Source of the DNA: the human T2T-CHM13v2.0 reference genome, Homo sapiens
Strand: one strand, 5' to 3'
DNA: 64,000 bases
Assembly: GCF_009914755.1 (NCBI RefSeq)
Contig: NC_060935.1
Below are positions 54,686 to 64,000 of this stretch, in pieces; position 1 is the first letter of the stretch; the number at the start of each line of letters is the position of its first letter. A program made the translations under genes and the position numbers. Under the pieces are notes generated by a model, which saw only the letters and a list, made by a program, of their open reading frames with translations, ran no database searches and was not told where the DNA came from.

Positions 54686-57539
54686 TTGTGCTGGGTTTTA
54701 AAGCAGCTATCCCTACATTTCATGCTTCACCACCTACGAGAGTGAGGCTCAGGGTGAAACTCAGAGCAGGGTGCGAGATAACTTCAGGTATCTCCATGCT
54801 CGAAGCCCTGACCTACTGCATTGCCCCGAAAGTCTTCCCTCCTGTGGCTGCATCTTTTCCACATGGATAATCTTGGTTCACCTCTAGCACAAGAATTCTT
54901 CACCGGGGCCCCTAGGATGGGCTGGCTGGGTGGAGGTGGAGGATGTCTGCCTCCAGAGTTTGTATGGAAAATGTATTCTTCTGGTGCACTTCTCTCTGGG
55001 AGGGAGTCTATTGCTTTGTCTTTTCAGAAGGGCTCATGGCCCTTCGAAGGTGAAGACCCAGGATGCAGGGTGATCTGCACTTGGCCCTCAAGGCCAAAGT
55101 CAGGCTGTGCCTGGGCGGGGTGGTGATCCTGCCTCTCACCTGCATGCAGATGCTCTTGAGTCCAAACCCCACCCTGGGCAAAGTAAGGACCCATTTAGGT
55201 CTAGAAGAGACAGGAGTGGGCAGGACAGGTCTCATGAATGCAAAAAAGAAAGTCTCTGAGCATCTACCAAATGCTAGAAGCTGTTTTGCACCTGTCATCT
55301 CTGTTTTTGCTGTAGATGGTTTAAAAAACTTTCCCTAGATTCCCCCCTCTCATGCAGATTTTTGTATATTCTGATGTCTTTGTCTAAGTCTTAGATAGAA
55401 AATGAAAGAGCTGGAGCTGTCGGAGGTGCCGACACCCACCTGCAGTGCTGACTCAATGTTCAATGTTCTTTGAACAGGTGTGTTTTTAAAGGGTACAAGC
55501 ACACCTGTGGTTCTTCTCTCAGGTCTTCCGGAGAGATTCAGGAGGCAGGGTCATGAGTCCCAGGGACTCTGGGATTCTTACAAATATCTGGGATTCTGCA
55601 AAATATCCCGCAGAAGCTCAGAATCTGATGAGTCTCTTAACTTTGCTTCTAAGCTCTGTGTGGAGGGGAGAGAGAGAAATCTCAAGGGCGCTTTCACAGG
55701 AACATTAAACACGCAATAGAATGTGTTGGCAAAGCGCTGTGTGATCTCTCCCTGGGGACGTGGAGCCAGTTGGAAGTGGAAGCCACAGCAGCTGAAAGCC
55801 TGACCTTCAGATGTCGCAGGGTGCACCTGGATGAGTCACAGGAAGAAGGCTAGAAGACTGACTCTTGGCCGCATTAGTCCTGGCTACTTAGAGGCCACCT
55901 GGGTCATGGGCCAGCTCCCTGGTTGCACTGGTCAGCCAGGATTGCACTGGTTACCAGGGCAGCCATGGCACCAAGGTTTGATGGGCTTGCCATCTAAGTG
56001 GAAATGCAGAATGTGCCCATACCAGCCTGGGTTACATTGTCCTTTTACAGGGGCCTCAAGCCCAGCAGCGAACTTTGGCTCCCGAATTAGGTAGACTGTC
56101 TCGGCTGGTATGTGACACAGGGCAAGGCACTTCATTGCTTCAGAGCTCCTTCCATTGCCGTAAAAGGCCCTACAAGACCTGGTCCTAATCCCTCTCTCTG
56201 GCCTGTTCTCCCTCACCCCTGGCCAACCCTGCTCACTCCACTCCAGCCACACTGGCTGCCTTGCTGTTGTTCCTCAACCACAGCTGGCTTGTTTCCACCA
56301 CAGGACCTGTGCATATCCTGTTCCCCCAAGCCCTTCCCATGGCTGGCTGCTTCACCACTCAGGCCCCAGTTCAAATGCCACCTCTTTGGGGAAGGCTTCC
56401 CTGATTCCCCGACTTTGGTGACTCTTCTCCCCAGTTGCTCCATTCACCATTTCCCTGTTTTATTGGCTTTAAAGCCACTCTCATCTGGTCTTTTCTTGTT
56501 TCTTCATTTCTTTGTTTATTCTCTGGCTCTCCCATGCAAGCAGACCCTCATCTGTCACGGGTACTGCTGATCCATGGTGTCTGGCTCATAGAAGGCATTT
56601 ATTAAACATTTTGAGACTGAATAAAAACACTATCTAACACTGACATGCATTTACCATGAGCCAGGCACTGATCCACAGGCTTTTGTACTCAACCCTGACA
56701 ACAACCCTAAGAGGTAGGTATCATTCTATCCCCCATTTTATTAATAAGAAAACAACAGCACAGAGAGATGCAGTCACTTGCCCAAGGTCACACAGGGCCA
56801 GGGGTTGGGCCAGGTTTCGAAGCAGGCAGGCTGTCTCCTGGGTCTGAACTCTCAACTACTGCACCCTAATCAAACAATCCCTCTGGTCAAATGTGAGTGG
56901 TAATAATAGTACCCACCTCGTGGGTGTTGAGGGTGAGCCCAAGTTAGCATTCAGCGTGGGCATGTGAACAATTATAGTCAATATTGAATGGAGACCTATG
57001 ATGCTTTTATGAAGGTTTCTATTTTGGGTTAAAAGTGCACAAATTTCTCCTGACCGGAAATGATCTCTGAGTGCAAATATTTCATATCAATGGAATAACG
57101 CAAATGATTAAGCAACACCCCATAAAATGGGGCAGACCCAGGGAGGAATATATATCCAAACTCACTCATCCCAGTGAGCTCACCGCACATGAATTACAAA
57201 TGGGGCCGGGTGCATTAAGCCCCTCTACTGGCAGAAGGGAGGCTGCTGCCTGCCATGCGCCTGTGCTGAGAATGGCAGGTCCCCAGGGAGACGAGAGGCC
57301 ACCCCCTTCTCTGTCTCTTCCATCACAGGCGTGAGAACCTCAGAGCATGAGCCGATTCTGTGCAGTGCTCGACATACAGACAAGAACACTGAGGCAGGAG
57401 AGACAGCCTGTGACCTGGTCACTGCGCTCAGGAGGACGTGGTTACCCGTGGTCCTGAGGGCGCTGACTTTTTAGAATGGGCGAGGGCAGCTCTGTCCCAG
57501 TGACCAGAACGGTTACTGTCTTTAAAAAGTCGTGAAAAT

Positions 57540-59080
57540 GATCGTGAACTGTACCCCACAACGAGTGCGCGTCTGCCCCCCAAGACGGTGGAGAGGCCCC
57601 CAGCTTCTCCCGCCAGCTCGCGGGGCAGGAGGGGTGCGAGCAACTCTGGCCAGGCCCCAGGGACGGGGACCGGGTCGCGCGGACCTGACCGGCGGGAGCC
57701 CAGGCATTCACGTGGCGGGAGCGCTGGAGGCTTCAGCACGGAGACCCATCCCGTCTGCCCCTGGACTCCCGCGAGCCCCGCGGGCCTCTCCGCTCGCCCC
57801 GCCGCCCACCTGCCAGGGGAAGGAACGCAGTGCGCGCGCCGCCAGGAAGCGGCGCTCGAAACTCTGCAGCAAGAGTTCGGTCCCCGCGTTCTCCTCGGGC
57901 ACCATGACGGGGGCGGGGCCGCAGCGTTGCCGGGAGACCGGGCGGAAGCCGGGCCTGGACTGAAAAGGGGGCGGGCCCAGGGCAGTGCGCGGGGGCAGAG
58001 AGGGGGCGGGGCCTGGGGGTAGGCTCAGGATGAGAGTCGTGGGAGCGGCTCTAGGGCGGGGCCAGGATGAGCGTTATGAGGCGGGGGCCTGGGGTGGGGC
58101 CAGAATGAGCGTCTTGAGGGCGAGGCCTGGGGTAGGGCCAGGAGAAGCGTCGTTGGGGCAGGTCCTGGGGAGAGTTCAGGTTGGCGTGTCCTGGGGCGGG
58201 GCCAGGACAGGGCGATCCTGGAAGCGGGGCTTCGGAAACATCCAGGTTGGAGACGTCCTGGAGGCGGGGCCTTGCGTGGGGGCAGGATAAGAGTCCTGGA
58301 GGCGGGCGTTAGGGTGGGGGTAAAGGACGATTGGGTTCAGGAGGCGAGACTCGGAGCAGAGCCCAGGAGACAGGTCCTAGGGCGGGGCTAAGGCCAGACC
58401 CGGAGAACGGCTCAGGAGGCGGGGCCAGGGCGGGGCGTTGACTATGTCGTAGCACGTGGCCAGGCGCTGCTCGGACTCTGGGAGGCGGAGCTTAGGACGG
58501 GCCTACGTGGGGAGGGGCCCAGGGTCCGGGAGGCGGGGCCGAGTCCGGGCTGCTGGCTGCGCTCAGGAAGCGGGCCCTGGGAGGCGGAGCTTAGGGAGGG
58601 GCCGGTGTCGGGAGGGACCCAGGGACTGGGAGGCGGGTCGGGGCTGGGCTCAGGGGCCGAGAGGGAGCTGGGCTTGGGGCGGGGCCGAGACGGAGCGAGG
58701 GGTCCAGGGTGTGAGAAACGGGGAGGGGTTTGAGGAGGGGATTGGAGCGTGGCTCAAGTTCGGGAGGCGTTACCTGCGGAGAGTTTGAGGCAGGCCCAGG
58801 AGCGAGCCCACGGTCTGCCGACGCGGAGCCAGGGACGGGCCCCAGGATCCGGAGCTTCAGGCGGGGCCGAGTCCGGGTTTGGGGCCCGGGAGTCGGGGCC
58901 GGTTAGGGCGAGGGTCCCCGGGATCGTCCGGTCAGGCCTTGGGCCAACGTAGGCACTCTCGCAGTTCCTCCGCCTTCAGGAAGGTCTTTTTGGCAGGGGC
59001 CTTATGGGTGCGCGCTTCGGTCCTGGAGGCGTTATCCTAGCCTCCTCTCCATCAGCGCCACCCGTCCGGGGCCCGATAGG
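57540..59080. promoter_or_regulatory. CpG island and G-rich promoter of the FAM86 pseudogene
   Basis: CpG-dense, with many GGCGGGGC GC boxes, and CCGGGCGGAAG just upstream of the ATG. Confidence 0.85.
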
Positions 59081-60323
59081 AGGGAGTTTTCCCTCTGTCC
59101 CCCACCCTTTGGACTGTCACCAAACAAGCCATTCGTTCACCAAATACTTATTAAGCGCCTACCATGTGTCTGGCAAGGGAGATGTAACAGTGAGAAAAAC
59201 TAGGTGTGGTCCAGGCCCTCCAGGGGCTCAGGGGCTCGTGGAAGAAGTGGACATTGAGGTACTTATCACACAAATAAGTATAAAAGTACAATAGCGATAT
59301 CTGCCACGAAGGCGAGCAGACAGAGCTAGCGGGGCTTCCAGGAGGAGTTTTGATCTTGCAGGGACAGGAAGGAGGAGTTAGCTCCTGGGGGGCGGGATTG
59401 GGGGTGGTGGTGATATAGACGTGGGGGACAGAGTGGAAAACAACAAAAATATAATTATTTTAGTTCAAAGTTATTGTGTCTTGAGTTGAAAGGCTGGGCA
59501 GTTAGCAACACAGTTCAGATTTCAGTACTGCCCCTGAAATCTGAACTGTGTTCAAAGTCTAAAACGTTTACCTTAGCAAATCCCTCATAAAACTCCATTT
59601 GGAAGAGTCCCGAGAGCTAATTTGTTCAGTGTACTTGCAAAAGGTAGATGAGGAGACAGACAAAATCTTATTACCTCTTTCAGATGAGAGGCACTTGAGC
59701 CCTGCTCAGCTGCGAGAATAAGAGAGGGGAATTAATTCTATTTGAATACACGTGTTCTCTCACAGCTGTTGTTCCCCACCAGAACCAAATGAGCGCAAGA
59801 TCTGACAAAGAAAAAAAAAAAAAGGTTCATCTTTTATTCCCCCAAACACTTTCATTTAAATCAAGAGGGTGGGATGTGGTTATTGCTGTGTTTTTAGACA
59901 GAATCAACAGTTTCTGGGTCTGAGATATTGCATACACCCTCTCAGTCCCTGTATCCTGAGATGGAGACACCTGAGAATCCACAGCATGTCCTAACCTGGG
60001 ATGGGTCTGGGTGATTAAGGAAGGTTGGCTTTAGAACTGGGCCGGGGCACTGCTTTGCTTTTGCTGTTTTGATCAGCTCTCCGCCTGCAGGAGAGAAGGA
60101 AAACCAATGGGAACAGGTTAGTTACACTCATAAATCCTGGGCTTATTTTATTAACTCACATAATAGCTATTAATTGCCTTTCCTCCAAGGAGCAAAAGGG
60201 CATATACGGTCAATACTATAATAAGTACCACTGTATTATGTTATACTAAAATATTAATAAATCGAGGTTGGTTCAGTCTTTCCTGATTCCATAGATTGGA
60301 AGCGGATTGAGGAAAGACCCTAG

Positions 60324-63340
<3,017 letters not shown>

Positions 63341-63520
63341 CACCCTTGTTAAAAAATAAAGAATTTCAAGATGGTGATGGCAGATTATTAAACCACAGTG
63401 GGGACTCCTCTGTGTCCCTGTGGGACTGTCCAGGTTCAAGCCCATGAAGCCGGCCCTGGCTGCTGGGTTCTTGGAGTGCTGGACCTCCCGTGGCATGTGG
63501 CAAGGAGTTGTCATGGGTTA

Positions 63521-63689
63521 TCACGACATATGATGATCAACTACGGGAGACCTAAAGACCACTCTGTCCTTTTTCCGACGAATGGCTGTGTATGTCACAC
63601 TAGCAGCAAACAGAACCGCAAGAGCTCCAGTGACAATGCTGAGCCCGATCACTGTGCCTTGCAGAGCAGATGCCGTCTGTACCTCCCTC
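63521..63689 (-). other. Candidate terminal coding exon with a single transmembrane helix and basic stop-transfer, possibly from an ENPP7-like pseudogene
   Basis: Acceptor ctctggtctcttaacag|G, then the open frame REVQTASALQGTVIGLSIVTGALAVLFAASVTYTAIRRKKDRVVFRSPVVDHHMS*. Confidence 0.5.
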
Positions 63690-64000
63690 CTGTTAAGAGA
63701 CCAGAGGGTTTTTAATTGCCTGATTATTAAGAGGCTGTTCTGGCTGCTCCTGGTTCCCTGGGAAGTTTTCCATCTAGCTGCCAATGAGTATTCATTATGG
63801 AAATGAAGTGTACATTGAACCCAAGAAAATGCTCACTCTAGAGAAATCTCACAGGACAAGTCGTTGAAAGCCGATTTACTACATGACCTCTTCGCCAAAT
63901 GACCCATTTGCCTAATGACCACTTTGACAAAGGATCAATTTGCTGAAAGCCAATTCGCTGAAAATCTGTTTGTGGGATGTCCTGCTTATCAGTAACTGAC

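Overview
Human/primate genomic DNA that I recognise from its coding exons as most likely 11p15.5/p15.4 (locus names are from memory and not database-checked). 1-14.8 kb is the 5' half of the KRAB zinc-finger gene ZNF195 on the minus strand: CpG-island promoter, ATG exon, an alternative MAGAQ exon, and KRAB-A and KRAB-B exons. The finger exon lies outside the window, beyond position 1. The rest is a mosaic segmental duplication. In order it holds a THE1 solo LTR, an orphan ACSM/NPIPB-like exon with a 35-bp VNTR, a SATR-type satellite with a GC-to-AT gradient, an OR7E pseudogene, a HERV-K LTR5 solo LTR, a 5'-truncated SVA with no TSD and a HERV-H LTR7. It continues with an unprocessed ALG1 pseudogene (exons 6-13, + strand; TSSC2), a 16-copy 52-bp VNTR, a convergent EEF2KMT/FAM86 pseudogene (8 exons, - strand) with its CpG island, and a probable orphan transmembrane-coding terminal exon near 63.6 kb. 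Almost all ORFs in the supplied track are Alu, VNTR or GC-rich artefacts. I see no wholly new biological system. The best leads are a possible LTR-driven chimeric transcript (THE1 > NPIPB/ACSM-like exon > ALG1 exons), an ALG1L-type ORF rescued by exon skipping, and several rearrangement scars.
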